In this document: positions 1 through 9,558 of the stretch, piece by piece
Layout: each line of letters starts with the position of its first letter
Position numbering within the stretch: the first letter of the stretch is position 1
Assembly (NCBI GenBank): GCA_017444525.1
Contig: JAFSWL010000019.1
Coordinates: 1-63,938, forward strand
Direction of reading: 5' to 3'
DNA length: 63,938 nucleotides
Source: Alphaproteobacteria bacterium
GTDB lineage: Bacteria > Pseudomonadota > Alphaproteobacteria > RF32 > CAG-239
Translations under genes and position numbers: made by a program
The notes under the pieces: generated by a model
Seen by the model: the letters and a program-made list of their open reading frames with translations, nothing else
Told to the model about the DNA's origin: nothing
The model's database searches: none

Positions 1-103
1 CTGATAAAAAGTTTGGGGAGAAACCTCCAATTCTCCCCAATCCATTCGGAATCGATGAATTATTCTCGCTACATTATCCTAGCTTTATAACTGATTCCGA
101 ATA

Positions 104-142
104 CAAAAAAGAAGGAACAAATTTATGTTCCTTCTTTTTTTT
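104..142. terminator. Probable bidirectional rho-independent terminator
   Basis: AAAAAAGAAGGAACA-aattta-TGTTCCTTCTTTTTT inverted repeat with A/T tails. Confidence 0.7.
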
Positions 143-189
143 GTGACATTTAATTCGCATAAAAAACATCGACATTAAAAAACACGTAT

Positions 190-468
190 AAAAAGCCGTA
201 TAATGAGTCAGATACGACGGAAGTCTGTTTATGCCGTGTACAAAAGAGGTACATAAACAGCGGTGCAGAACATATAAAAATCTGTAGAATGAGGTAAATA
301 CGAAGGGGGATTTTGACGACGTGTACAAAAGAGGTACATAAACAGCGGTGCAGAATATATAAAAATCCGGATAATGAGGTAAATACGCAGTAAGCGGATT
401 GGTGCGGTGTACAATAAGAGGTACATAAGCCAATCCGCTTACAAGTAGTTACCCATTATACGGATTTT
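190..468 (-). repeat. Stop-codon-anchored palindromic element (full copy 361-468) plus two ~85-bp tandem half-copies
   Basis: AAAATCCG..ATAATG..TAC-[stem]-GTGTAC..GTACATAA-[stem]-AAGTAG..CATTATACGGATTTT; abuts TAA of the cyclophilin gene; related copies at four other loci. Confidence 0.9.
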
Positions 469-1074
469 TTAGATGTCGGATATGACGGAAAGGGCAATAA
501 TCTCATCCGGATTTTCAACCATTCCATTGGGTTCGCCGCCTTTTTTAAGCATATCGACATATTCCATACCGGAGGTTACTTCGCCCCAAACCGTGTATTG
601 ACCGTCGAGCCATGGACAATCAGCATAACAGATAAAAAATTGGCTGTCAGCCGAATCCGGCATCATGGCACGCGCCATCGACACGGTACCGCGCTTGTGC
701 GGAGTGCGGTTAAATTCTGCCTTGAGCTTTTTGCCGCTACCGCCGGTGCCATCGCCGCGCGGACATCCTGCCTGCGCCATAAAGCCTTCAATGACTCGAT
801 GAAATTTCAGGCCGTTATAAAAACCCTGTCGCACCAATTCTTTTATTCGAGCCACATGATTAGGAGCAACATCCGGCAGCATTTCTATTATCACATCACC
901 GTATTTTGTTTGCAGTAACAATGCATTTTCCGCATCTTTTACTTTATATGAATGCTTGATTTTTTTGGCTCTGCTTTCGCTCATTGCCAGTTTTTTGGTA
1001 TCTTTATTTTCTAAATTTTTAGTATTAGGTTTAGTTAAATTTTTAGTTTTCAAATTTTCCAATAAATCAGTCAT
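469..1074 (-). CDS. Cyclophilin-type peptidyl-prolyl cis-trans isomerase
   Basis: FYNGLKFHRVIEGFMAQ, SMARA, SADSQFFI, WLDGQYTVWG motifs. Confidence 0.95.
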   Translation of the reverse strand: MTDLLENLKTKNLTKPNTKNLENKDTKKLAMSESRAKKIKHSYKVKDAENALLLQTKYGDVIIEMLPDVAPNHVARIKELVRQGFYNGLKFHRVIEGFMAQAGCPRGDGTGGSGKKLKAEFNRTPHKRGTVSMARAMMPDSADSQFFICYADCPWLDGQYTVWGEVTSGMEYVDMLKKGGEPNGMVENPDEIIALSVISDI

Positions 1075-1115
1075 TTCTACTTCCTTTCTTTTATCTATTA
1101 ATTGTATTTAGGAAG

Positions 1116-2072
1116 TTACATTGCGTTATTCAAGACATAATCCACTCTTTCTTCTGCTGAAAGATTTTGCGGATAATATTTATCTACATTTTTAATAACT
1201 TCTTTTAAACCGCGACCGTTGGCTATTTGAATCGCCAACCCCGGACGAGCATTCAATTCCAGCATCATCGGTCCGCGGAATTTATCCAGCACGATATCTG
1301 CCCCCAAATAGCCGAGGCCGGTCATTTCATAAGCAAGTGCACCAATCATCAGATGTTCGCGCCACATCGGAACTTGCAAAGTCATCAAATCGGCCTCGGT
1401 ATCAGGATGTATGGCAATCGGCAGATTATGCGATACTGCATTAATGGCCTGTCCGGTACGCATATCAAGTCCTACTCCGACCGCCCCTTGGTGCAAATTA
1501 GCGCGCCCATCAGATTCTTTGGTAGCAAGGCGCATCATTGACATAATCGGATAACCCTTATAAACAATCACACGCACATCAGGAATCCCTTGATAACTAA
1601 AATTTTGAAAAGCATCGCTGAAGTGCACCAATTCTTCTATCAAAGCCGTATCATATTGTCCGCCCAAACTGTACAAACCGCTCAAAATGTTGGAAACGTG
1701 CTGATACACTTCGTTAAACCCGAGTTTTTTACCGCTGGCCGTAACAAACTCTTCCCCGCTGAATTGTTTAATTACCAAAACGCCTTTACCTTGACTGCCA
1801 TGTGCCGGCTTAATTACAAACTCGGAGTGTCCTGACACAATTTTAAGCAAATCTTTTACCTCATATTGATGTTCAATCACCCCGATTTTATGCGGAGTAT
1901 TGATATTGATGCGATCCGCCAGCGTTTTGGTCTGCACTTTATCATCCACCAACGGATAGAGCGAACGTTTGTTGTTGCGACCGATGATAAAATAATTTCG
2001 GGCATTCATACCTAAAACACCGTGCTCACGCAACTTCTTCGGATTAGAAAAAATTTTAAAATAATCCCACAT
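1116..2072 (-). CDS. Alpha-L-glutamate ligase-like ATP-grasp protein (RimK-related)
   Basis: GMNARN, LVDDK, FVIKPAHGSQGKG, GRANLHQG, LELNARPGLAIQIAN. Confidence 0.9.
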   Translation of the reverse strand: MWDYFKIFSNPKKLREHGVLGMNARNYFIIGRNNKRSLYPLVDDKVQTKTLADRININTPHKIGVIEHQYEVKDLLKIVSGHSEFVIKPAHGSQGKGVLVIKQFSGEEFVTASGKKLGFNEVYQHVSNILSGLYSLGGQYDTALIEELVHFSDAFQNFSYQGIPDVRVIVYKGYPIMSMMRLATKESDGRANLHQGAVGVGLDMRTGQAINAVSHNLPIAIHPDTEADLMTLQVPMWREHLMIGALAYEMTGLGYLGADIVLDKFRGPMMLELNARPGLAIQIANGRGLKEVIKNVDKYYPQNLSAEERVDYVLNNAM

Positions 2073-3611
2073 TTATTTTTCCTTAATCAGCGGTGCAAAA
2101 CGTTTCAGCTCAACCAGACGATATCCAGTATAAGTACCGAGCTGCATTACCACAATCAAAATAACCAGATTCCATTCATTAAATGCAAACATAACATGGC
2201 GAATATATGTACTGCTTATCACAAAATAAGTCAAAATCGCCACCAATGATGTATTAATGATTTGTTTTGAAGCATTACGCGCACCTTCTTCTTCCCATGT
2301 AATTGAAGCGCGTTCAATAATCCATGCGGTAATAATAATCGGAAAGAATACGGCGGAAGCAGCAATTTTGAAATTATACTGATAGCCTAATATGGTCAGC
2401 AATTGCATAATCAAAATCACAAAAATCACTACTGCGGAAATCCGCGGCACCAAAAGTAGGTTAAGGCGCGTCAACAAAGTGCGAACCAAAAGTCCGAGTA
2501 CAATAATCAGCAAATAACAAATCAACCCAGACCAAAAACCGGTGCGTACCAATGACATAGCCACCAGCATCGGTGTAAAAGTTCCCATAGTCGGAATACC
2601 GACGACGTTTCGCAGCAATACCACCAACAGAATGCCCAGCGGGAAAATCATCAGCCATTTAAGAGTATTCTGTTCCAAAGTAGGCAGATTATAAATTGTA
2701 AAATCAAACATTCTGCTTTGTTCGTATTTTGCGCGACGACCAGCCATCTTAAACGACGAAACCGCCGATTTTATAACAGAAAATCTGATTTCGGAATTAC
2801 GCCCGCCGACAACATCATAAAGCGAAACTCCGCCGCGCTGGAATACTACAAAATTTTTAGGCAAACCGGATGCGCCGTTTTCAATATTATATACCATCCA
2901 TTTACCGTTTTCATAAACTTCAAGCATTAAATCCGCCGGCGTTTCGCGTCTTTTTTCCAATATTTTGATACCGCGGACAATCCGCGCTGCGATTCCCTTA
3001 AAAGAAAGCAGATAAATCATCTTTTCAGCCATAATTCGCTGCGATTTTTTAACCGGCAAAAAAGCGTCTACCTCCGGTTCCAAAACCTCATCATTAAGCA
3101 GTTCGATTATGCGTGTTGCTGACGAACCTTCTTTTTTTTCTTCAGCCAATTTCCAAATTTCTTCAACCATAGCTTTTTGCTGCTCGTTTTCAAATGTAGG
3201 CTTTGTAACTTTTGGTTTATTGCGGTCACGCACCTTACCCACAACATCTTCATTGTCATACAGCATAATACGATAATATATATCTTGTCGATGTTTCTTC
3301 GGTGCCGATTTCATAATCATACGATGGCTTTTTTCATCTTTTTCAACCTTATAACCATTTGCCACCACGTCTTCGCTCAAAATCTTATATTCAGCTCCTA
3401 AACGCGGCGTAGACAGAGATACTTCAATCGGTTCACCGGTCGGCACAAAAGAGATATGCGCGTCAACCGTCCAAATTTCCGTACCCTCGCGCGGGCTGAA
3501 ACTAAATCCCCAATGCTTAATTTTGTAATATGTAGCATAGCTCGCAAAAGCAATTGCAAAAAACAAACAAATTGCTAAAACACCACGAACAGAACAAATT
3601 TTCTTTTTCAT
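2073..3611 (-). CDS. Inactive transglutaminase family membrane protein with 7TM C-terminal domain
   Basis: LRNVVGIPTMGTFTPML, LLLVPRISAV, FFPIIITAWIIER, GTYTGYRLVELKRF; operon context with ATP-grasp ligase. Confidence 0.88.
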   Translation of the reverse strand: MKKKICSVRGVLAICLFFAIAFASYATYYKIKHWGFSFSPREGTEIWTVDAHISFVPTGEPIEVSLSTPRLGAEYKILSEDVVANGYKVEKDEKSHRMIMKSAPKKHRQDIYYRIMLYDNEDVVGKVRDRNKPKVTKPTFENEQQKAMVEEIWKLAEEKKEGSSATRIIELLNDEVLEPEVDAFLPVKKSQRIMAEKMIYLLSFKGIAARIVRGIKILEKRRETPADLMLEVYENGKWMVYNIENGASGLPKNFVVFQRGGVSLYDVVGGRNSEIRFSVIKSAVSSFKMAGRRAKYEQSRMFDFTIYNLPTLEQNTLKWLMIFPLGILLVVLLRNVVGIPTMGTFTPMLVAMSLVRTGFWSGLICYLLIIVLGLLVRTLLTRLNLLLVPRISAVVIFVILIMQLLTILGYQYNFKIAASAVFFPIIITAWIIERASITWEEEGARNASKQIINTSLVAILTYFVISSTYIRHVMFAFNEWNLVILIVVMQLGTYTGYRLVELKRFAPLIKEK

Positions 3612-3633
3612 CTCAAAGTCCTTATGTTTGATT

Positions 3634-4167
3634 TTATTTCAGCGTGTTTGAAATAGAAACATCAACAATGGCGCGTCCACTCAGAATATTGCGTCCGATT
3701 AATCCCTGATATTCAAAATCATGACGTTCATTCAATGTAAATTCGGCAACAAACATTTCCTTACCCATTTTTACATCCATGCTTACGGTTACGCGATGTT
3801 CTTCCTCGCCTGTACGTTTAATCTTAACTCGCCGCACCAACGGCTTTTCAAAATCCAATTTTTCGTTAGTATCGCGATTAACCAGCGTAAACGACACCCA
3901 TTTTTGACCATCTCGTTCAAAACGCTTAATATTGTCGGCATCAACGGAAGAAGTTGTCGCTCCTGTATCAATACGAGCCAAAAAAGGCGACTTCATCGGC
4001 GGAAAATATATCCGCTCCACCGCACCAATTACATTATCCGGTCTCACGGTTATAATTTTTGCCGGCTGAGCCGTACTTGGTACAATCCCCGGCACCACTT
4101 TTTCTTCTTTAGTCGCGCACGCTGCCAATAAAAGTACGCATAAACAAGCTGAAATTTTTTGCATAGT
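3634..4167 (-). CDS. RimK-associated aspartyl-type protease (so-called ATP-dependent Zn protease family), lipoprotein
   Basis: ARIDTGATTSS, FTLNER, LIGRNIL; lipobox LLAAC; start set at MQKIS. Confidence 0.85.
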   Translation of the reverse strand, partial: TMQKISACLCVLLLAACATKEEKVVPGIVPSTAQPAKIITVRPDNVIGAVERIYFPPMKSPFLARIDTGATTSSVDADNIKRFERDGQKWVSFTLVNRDTNEKLDFEKPLVRRVKIKRTGEEEHRVTVSMDVKMGKEMFVAEFTLNERHDFEYQGLIGRNILSGRAIVDVSISNTLK

Positions 4168-4274
4168 TTCTACCATCCTGTTCTTAAACAAATATATTTA
4201 TGTATCTATCACAAACCCAAAAAAAAGAGCAAAAAAAAACGACTTATGCACATAAGCCGCTTTTATAGCATCAG

Positions 4275-5417
4275 CTAAAAATATACATTAAATCGTAGGG
4301 ACACCACTGTTGCATAATCCGACTTATAATTCAGTGCCGGATTAACATATAGCTGAATATCCGGAGTAAGCGCGGCCCATTTAGATATTCCCCAAGTCCA
4401 ATACGCCTCCCATACCTGTTCTCCGGTTTCAGCCAAAGGGGTCCCCACCGCTGTTTCGTTTATATTGTTATATGCATACGCAGCTCCGATTTGATCAAGC
4501 GAATTGCGTTCAAACGGGTTGTTATAAACGACTCCTGCCGTATATGAATTTTTGATTGTGGCAACATTGCCGTTGACACCGTTGATTCTCCCAAATACCG
4601 CCCACTTTTGCCCGATATTCTGCTGCATATTAAATGACCAACCGGTTGTTGATTGCGGCTGTTCCGACACATACGGCTGATTATATACCAATATTGAATA
4701 TTGTCCAACGCCCAAACCTTTTATTGTCGGATTGTACCCCACTTGACCAAATGTGGTATAATGCCCATCATGCAAATGATTCAAACGGACACTTACCGCC
4801 GAAATATTAGTTGCGTCTTGTAAACCAGCAACAAATTGCCAATTATTTGGCATAGCCTGAACATAAGCTCCGACACCGGCATCAGTGTAGGTCGCACTAC
4901 CGTTTTGCGATAAAGCATAGTTGATAAAATTGCCTTGTGGATTGTTATTATAATCAGTTCCATCAAAATTATATATTGTATATTGTCCTAAACCGAGCGT
5001 CATCCAATTATACTGTTGTGGTAATTGATAGGTATAATATAATGTTGAAAATTCTTGCTCTTCATCGTCCGCATCATTAATCGGCGTAACAACATTTATA
5101 CGATTTTCGATATCTGCAGCATCATGATTTGCATAAAAAACACTGGAGTAAGAAGCATTAAGTATGCCGGTTCCGTAATGATTATCAAAAGTTGTCCATG
5201 CAATGCTGGGATTAAGATAAGATTGCACCGAGTTATAGCGTCCGTTCGGCGAACCATGTTGAGCCAATACCGAATAATCGATATCATAATCAAATCCGTA
5301 ATTTTTACTCAATTTATTCTTAAAAGCGGTATAATCGCCTCCCAATGTTGCCGCCTGAACTACCGACAACGTACTTAACAAACATGCCAAAGTTCCGAAA
5401 AATAAACTTTTTTGCAT
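4275..5417 (-). CDS. Carbohydrate-selective porin, OprB-like
   Basis: Signal peptide; EQVWEAYW, LTPDIQLYVNPA; C-terminal Phe. Confidence 0.75.
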   Translation of the reverse strand: MQKSLFFGTLACLLSTLSVVQAATLGGDYTAFKNKLSKNYGFDYDIDYSVLAQHGSPNGRYNSVQSYLNPSIAWTTFDNHYGTGILNASYSSVFYANHDAADIENRINVVTPINDADDEEQEFSTLYYTYQLPQQYNWMTLGLGQYTIYNFDGTDYNNNPQGNFINYALSQNGSATYTDAGVGAYVQAMPNNWQFVAGLQDATNISAVSVRLNHLHDGHYTTFGQVGYNPTIKGLGVGQYSILVYNQPYVSEQPQSTTGWSFNMQQNIGQKWAVFGRINGVNGNVATIKNSYTAGVVYNNPFERNSLDQIGAAYAYNNINETAVGTPLAETGEQVWEAYWTWGISKWAALTPDIQLYVNPALNYKSDYATVVSLRFNVYF

Positions 5418-5497
5418 AACTCATCTCCCGAATGTTATAAACACACGGTTGATATATATCCTGTTTATCGAAAAAAAAGAGGTAAGTTCTTATAAAT

Positions 5498-5926
5498 TTA
5501 TCTGCGCAAAGCTTTTACGTATGCCTGAACGGAATGCTCATCACAATAAGTTTGCCCGCTACGCACTTTTTTGCCGCAAAAACAAAAATCATCATCACGC
5601 GGATCTCCAATCGGCCAACGACAGGTATGACTATCTAAATCAACCAACTTGATATTGGAGTTTTCGTTTTTATCCGCTGTTTTGGACTTTTCATCTGCAC
5701 TCTCGACAACATCAACCTCTGAGGCCGATAACGGTAATTTCGGCGCAGTTTGAACAGCAGATTCTTTAGGTTTAATCGGCGAAGGGCGAGCTGTCAGACA
5801 CAACCGATGCACCTTACCGACAATAGCATTTTTAGTTACCCCTAATTTCTTGGCAATTTCGTTTGCCGTCAATCCTTGTGCCCATAATTCCCGCAGTTTA
5901 TTCACGCTTTCATCTGTCCAACCCAT
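5498..5926 (-). CDS. gcrA: Cell-cycle regulator GcrA
   Basis: WTDE..L.ELWAQG, KNAIVGKVHRL, CRWPIGDP, YCDEH. Confidence 0.92.
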   Translation of the reverse strand: MGWTDESVNKLRELWAQGLTANEIAKKLGVTKNAIVGKVHRLCLTARPSPIKPKESAVQTAPKLPLSASEVDVVESADEKSKTADKNENSNIKLVDLDSHTCRWPIGDPRDDDFCFCGKKVRSGQTYCDEHSVQAYVKALRR

Positions 5927-6047
5927 AGTAAACCTCCAGTAAATTTATTATGTTATAGCGGATTATTTTGCCTCTGTCCAGACTAAATTTTATTCTTTAT
6001 TAATTTTTTTAGACTACAATTATCTAGTCTGTTTTGAGGAGAATACA

Positions 6048-7292
6048 ATGAAATTTTTTTATCTTGTTTTGACTCTGCTTATCAGTTTACCGGTACAAGC
6101 ACAGCTAAACCAATATAACAAGCTTCACACTGTTGACTTGGATGAAGAAATTCCGCCTTTACAACCTTTGCAACGAGAATACGATAAAGCTACCTCCCGC
6201 TACCGATGGAACTATGATTTCCGCTGGAATATGCCGAGTTTATTCAATTCAGAATTTAAAAAACAGATTACCGACTTCGGTATCATAGAAAAGCGTATTG
6301 CCAACGCCGATGAAGAATGGCTGTTACGAGAATTAAAAAAATTGCCTAAACAGATGTATCAGTATATTGGACCTCTTCTGCATACCAAACGCGGACTTTC
6401 CGGCAAAATTCTTGATTTACCTGGAATTAAAGAAACCAAACATAAATTTCCGACACAAGTCGCTTCTCCTTTTCGCAATATGCCTAATCTCGAATTTGCT
6501 TCTCCGGCAATGTATTTATATTTAAATCCGCTTATATGGGGAGAAGATATGGCTTCTCTGGAAATTCCGCAAGAAGTTGAAAATCCTAAAAAAAAACGAC
6601 CGCGTATGCGTATAAATCCGAATTTTTTGCATAAAATCAAAAGCCGAATAAAAGCAACAGATTATGCTTCAACCCCAAGCACTAAGCCTGTTGAATTGGA
6701 TTTGCGACACTTCAATCCGACCGTATCAACTCCGCTATCCAAAGCCGATGTCAGAGCTTTTATACGAACATTTGGCGCACTTGATAAGTTCCGCCGTCAT
6801 AATAATAATGAAATCCGGCTGATTATGATTGATTCATTGATAAATTATTGGGATACTAAAAATGGCATACCGGAAAATATTTTATTGTTTCGCCAAATCG
6901 TTAATCCGTGTCAACACTATGTCCGGAAAATTCGTTGGCTCAATTTACAAAACGAATTTCAAACAGCTATCGGCACACAAGGATTCGGAATAAAAGATTG
7001 GGCCTATACCTGCGATAAAATAATCAAGGCGCATCGCGTACATAATGCACCGTCCGGTATGATTTGGGGAGCACGTCAACAAAAAAGAAATGCCCTCTAT
7101 CCGGCAATGGAACCGTTTTTAATCTCAGCTGAAGAAAAACAGCAAATGCACTTTTTGTTGGACTCCTACGCTCGTATGTATTCTACCCGTTTGCGAGATA
7201 TAGAAGCCATTAAACCATACAACAACACCTTGCGCCACAAATTTCTGAATTTTGGAAAACATATAGGCGGAATCCCACTGGTATTCCCATAG
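6048..7292 (+). CDS. Hypothetical secreted protein
   Basis: 414-aa ORF, GAGGAG RBS, signal peptide ending VQA; no family recognised. Confidence 0.7.
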   Translation: MKFFYLVLTLLISLPVQAQLNQYNKLHTVDLDEEIPPLQPLQREYDKATSRYRWNYDFRWNMPSLFNSEFKKQITDFGIIEKRIANADEEWLLRELKKLPKQMYQYIGPLLHTKRGLSGKILDLPGIKETKHKFPTQVASPFRNMPNLEFASPAMYLYLNPLIWGEDMASLEIPQEVENPKKKRPRMRINPNFLHKIKSRIKATDYASTPSTKPVELDLRHFNPTVSTPLSKADVRAFIRTFGALDKFRRHNNNEIRLIMIDSLINYWDTKNGIPENILLFRQIVNPCQHYVRKIRWLNLQNEFQTAIGTQGFGIKDWAYTCDKIIKAHRVHNAPSGMIWGARQQKRNALYPAMEPFLISAEEKQQMHFLLDSYARMYSTRLRDIEAIKPYNNTLRHKFLNFGKHIGGIPLVFP

Positions 7293-7328
7293 ACCACTAA
7301 GATGCAGAAGAAAGATAATCTGCCGGCT

Positions 7329-7678
7329 AAAAATCCGGATAATGCGGTAAATACGAAGGGGTTTTTCGACGACGTGTACAACAAAAGGTACATAAACCAA
7401 CAGGCACGAACTTGCTAAAAATCCGGATAATGCGGTAAATACGAAGGGATTTTTTTCGACGTGTACACAAACAGTACACGAGAAAATGCTCTTATAGCGG
7501 CTAAAAATTTAGAGAATAAGTCAGATACAAAGAAGGATTTTTTCGCCGTGTACAATAAATTATACGGCAAATAAAAACTCGAAGAATTAGGTTAATACGA
7601 AGGGGATTTTTTTCGACGTGTACACAAACAGTACACGAGAAAAAAATCCCCAAGTAGTAACCAATTATACGAGTTTTT
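7329..7678 (-). repeat. Stop-codon-anchored palindromic element (full copy 7573-7678) plus three tandem half-copies
   Basis: Inner stem GGGGATTTTTTTC/GAAAAAAATCCCC; overlaps the fabG TAA. Confidence 0.9.
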
Positions 7679-8414
7679 AAATCATGGCCATCCCGCCGTT
7701 AACGTGAATAGTCTGTCCCGTAATGTATTGCGCTTCATCGGATGCTAAAAATGCAACAGCGTTGGCAATATCTTGAGCCTCTCCAAGCTTGCCTTCTGGG
7801 ATTTTAGCCAAAAGAGCAGCTTTAACGTCATCAGGAAGAACATCTGTCATCGGCGTACGAATAAAGCCCGGAGCGATTGAATTAACGGTAACACCGCGAG
7901 AGCCTACTTCTTGAGCCAAGCATTTATTCATGGCAATCATGCCGGCTTTGGAAGCAGAATAGTTGGCCTGCCCTGCATTCCCCATTACACCAACAACGGA
8001 AGCCATACCGATAATACGTCCGTAGCGGCGCTTCATCATACCGCGAACCACGGCACGAGCCAATTTGAAACCTGCGGTAAGATTAACATCTAAAACAAAC
8101 TGCCATTTTTCATCACTCATACGCATAAACAAATCATCTCGCGTAACACCGGCATTATTAACCAAAATATCGATTTTGCCAAATTTTTCTTCAACGGCTT
8201 CCACCAAGGATTTTATAGCCTCTGTATCGCCCAAATTAGCCACAAAATATTCGACGTGATCACCGAGCTCGTCCTTAAGAGCCTTCAGGCCCTCTTCATT
8301 CATATCGGTCAGAGCCAAATAAGCCCCTTGTTCATGCAAAGTATGAGCGATTCTACGACCGATACCGCCGGCGGCACCGGTAATCAAAGCAACTTTTTCA
8401 TCTAATTTAAACAT
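7677..8414 (-). CDS. fabG: 3-oxoacyl-ACP reductase
   Basis: TGAAGGIG, NNAGVTRD, NYSASKAG, APGFIRTPMT. Confidence 0.96.
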   Translation of the reverse strand: MFKLDEKVALITGAAGGIGRRIAHTLHEQGAYLALTDMNEEGLKALKDELGDHVEYFVANLGDTEAIKSLVEAVEEKFGKIDILVNNAGVTRDDLFMRMSDEKWQFVLDVNLTAGFKLARAVVRGMMKRRYGRIIGMASVVGVMGNAGQANYSASKAGMIAMNKCLAQEVGSRGVTVNSIAPGFIRTPMTDVLPDDVKAALLAKIPEGKLGEAQDIANAVAFLASDEAQYITGQTIHVNGGMAMI

Positions 8415-8437
8415 ATTATTTTCCTTTCATTTTAAGG

Positions 8438-9382
8438 TTATAAATTGTTTGCCAGCTCCTCAATCTCTGCGATAGAGCCGACTGATATCGAGTTCATTTC
8501 TTTATTGGCGCGTTTGGCTATACCGGAAAGCACCTTACCTGCCCCCAATTCGATCAAATCGGTAACATTATTTTCTTTAAAGAACAGCATTGTTTCGCGC
8601 CATCTTACCGTACCGGTAACCTGCTCAATTAAATGCTTGATAATTTCCTTATGATCAGTAATCGGTTGTGCCAAAACATTGGCAACCAACGGAATCTGCG
8701 CATTATTGGCAACAACATTCATAAACGCACGAGCCATAACATCAGCGGCCGGTCCCATAAACGGGCTATGAAACGGCGCACTCACTGCTAATTTCACACA
8801 TTTGCGAGCACCAAATTCTGGGGCTATTTCCACGGCTCTTTCAATTGCCGTCATTGAACCGGAAAGTACAACCTGCCCATCGGAATTATCGTTGGCAGCC
8901 ACACAAATATCCTTATCTGAGGAACAAGCTTCAATCAACGCTCCCACATCATGATAAGACAATCCCAAAACCGCAGCCATACCACCAACTCCAAAAGGCA
9001 CCGCACTTTGCATAGCCTCTCCGCGCAAGCGCAATAATTTTGCCGTATCGCTCAAAGAAAACACACCGGCGGCACATGCGGCGGAATATTCGCCCAAAGA
9101 GTGTCCGGCCACATACGTAGCCTTATCTTTTAGGTTAATTCCGAATTCTTTTTTCAAAACATTGACTATTGCCATAGAAAAAGCCATCAATGCCGGTTGA
9201 GTATTTACCGTCATAGTCAATTCGGCATCGGGACCTTCCGTCATAATCTTAAATAAATCTTGCGAAAGAGATTCATTTACTTCATTAAACACATCTCGAG
9301 CCGAAACAAAATTTTCGGCTAACTCTTTCCCCATTCCCACAAATTGGGATCCTTGTCCCGGAAATACAAAAGCGTACTTCAT
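8438..9382 (-). CDS. fabD: Malonyl-CoA:ACP transacylase
   Basis: FPGQGSQ, TQPAL, AGHSLGEY, VSAPFHS. Confidence 0.96.
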   Translation of the reverse strand: MKYAFVFPGQGSQFVGMGKELAENFVSARDVFNEVNESLSQDLFKIMTEGPDAELTMTVNTQPALMAFSMAIVNVLKKEFGINLKDKATYVAGHSLGEYSAACAAGVFSLSDTAKLLRLRGEAMQSAVPFGVGGMAAVLGLSYHDVGALIEACSSDKDICVAANDNSDGQVVLSGSMTAIERAVEIAPEFGARKCVKLAVSAPFHSPFMGPAADVMARAFMNVVANNAQIPLVANVLAQPITDHKEIIKHLIEQVTGTVRWRETMLFFKENNVTDLIELGAGKVLSGIAKRANKEMNSISVGSIAEIEELANNL

Positions 9383-9558
9383 TAAATTCCTTTCATCTGT
9401 TCTCTAGGGATTGTATAAATATCGTTCTTCAGAATGTCAAGAAAAACGCCGTTTATGTTCACAATAACTTTTATATATTTTATCGTTTTTTAATCTTTTA
9501 TTGAGGATTTACGGCTATAATCCTAACAATTAAGATTTGCGTAAACTTGAGGAAAAAA

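Noticed and set aside
74-433. Track ORFs over the palindromic arrays (74-433, 229-426, 7125-7400, 7166-7393, 16128-16319, 44309-44572)
   Set aside because: Their mutual similarity comes from the DNA repeat; no convincing RBS, and frames are not preserved between copies.
190-468. CRISPR array interpretation of the tandem units (also 7329-7678)
   Set aside because: Repeats are degenerate, the variable parts are palindrome arms rather than unique spacers, arrays are very short and no cas genes are present.
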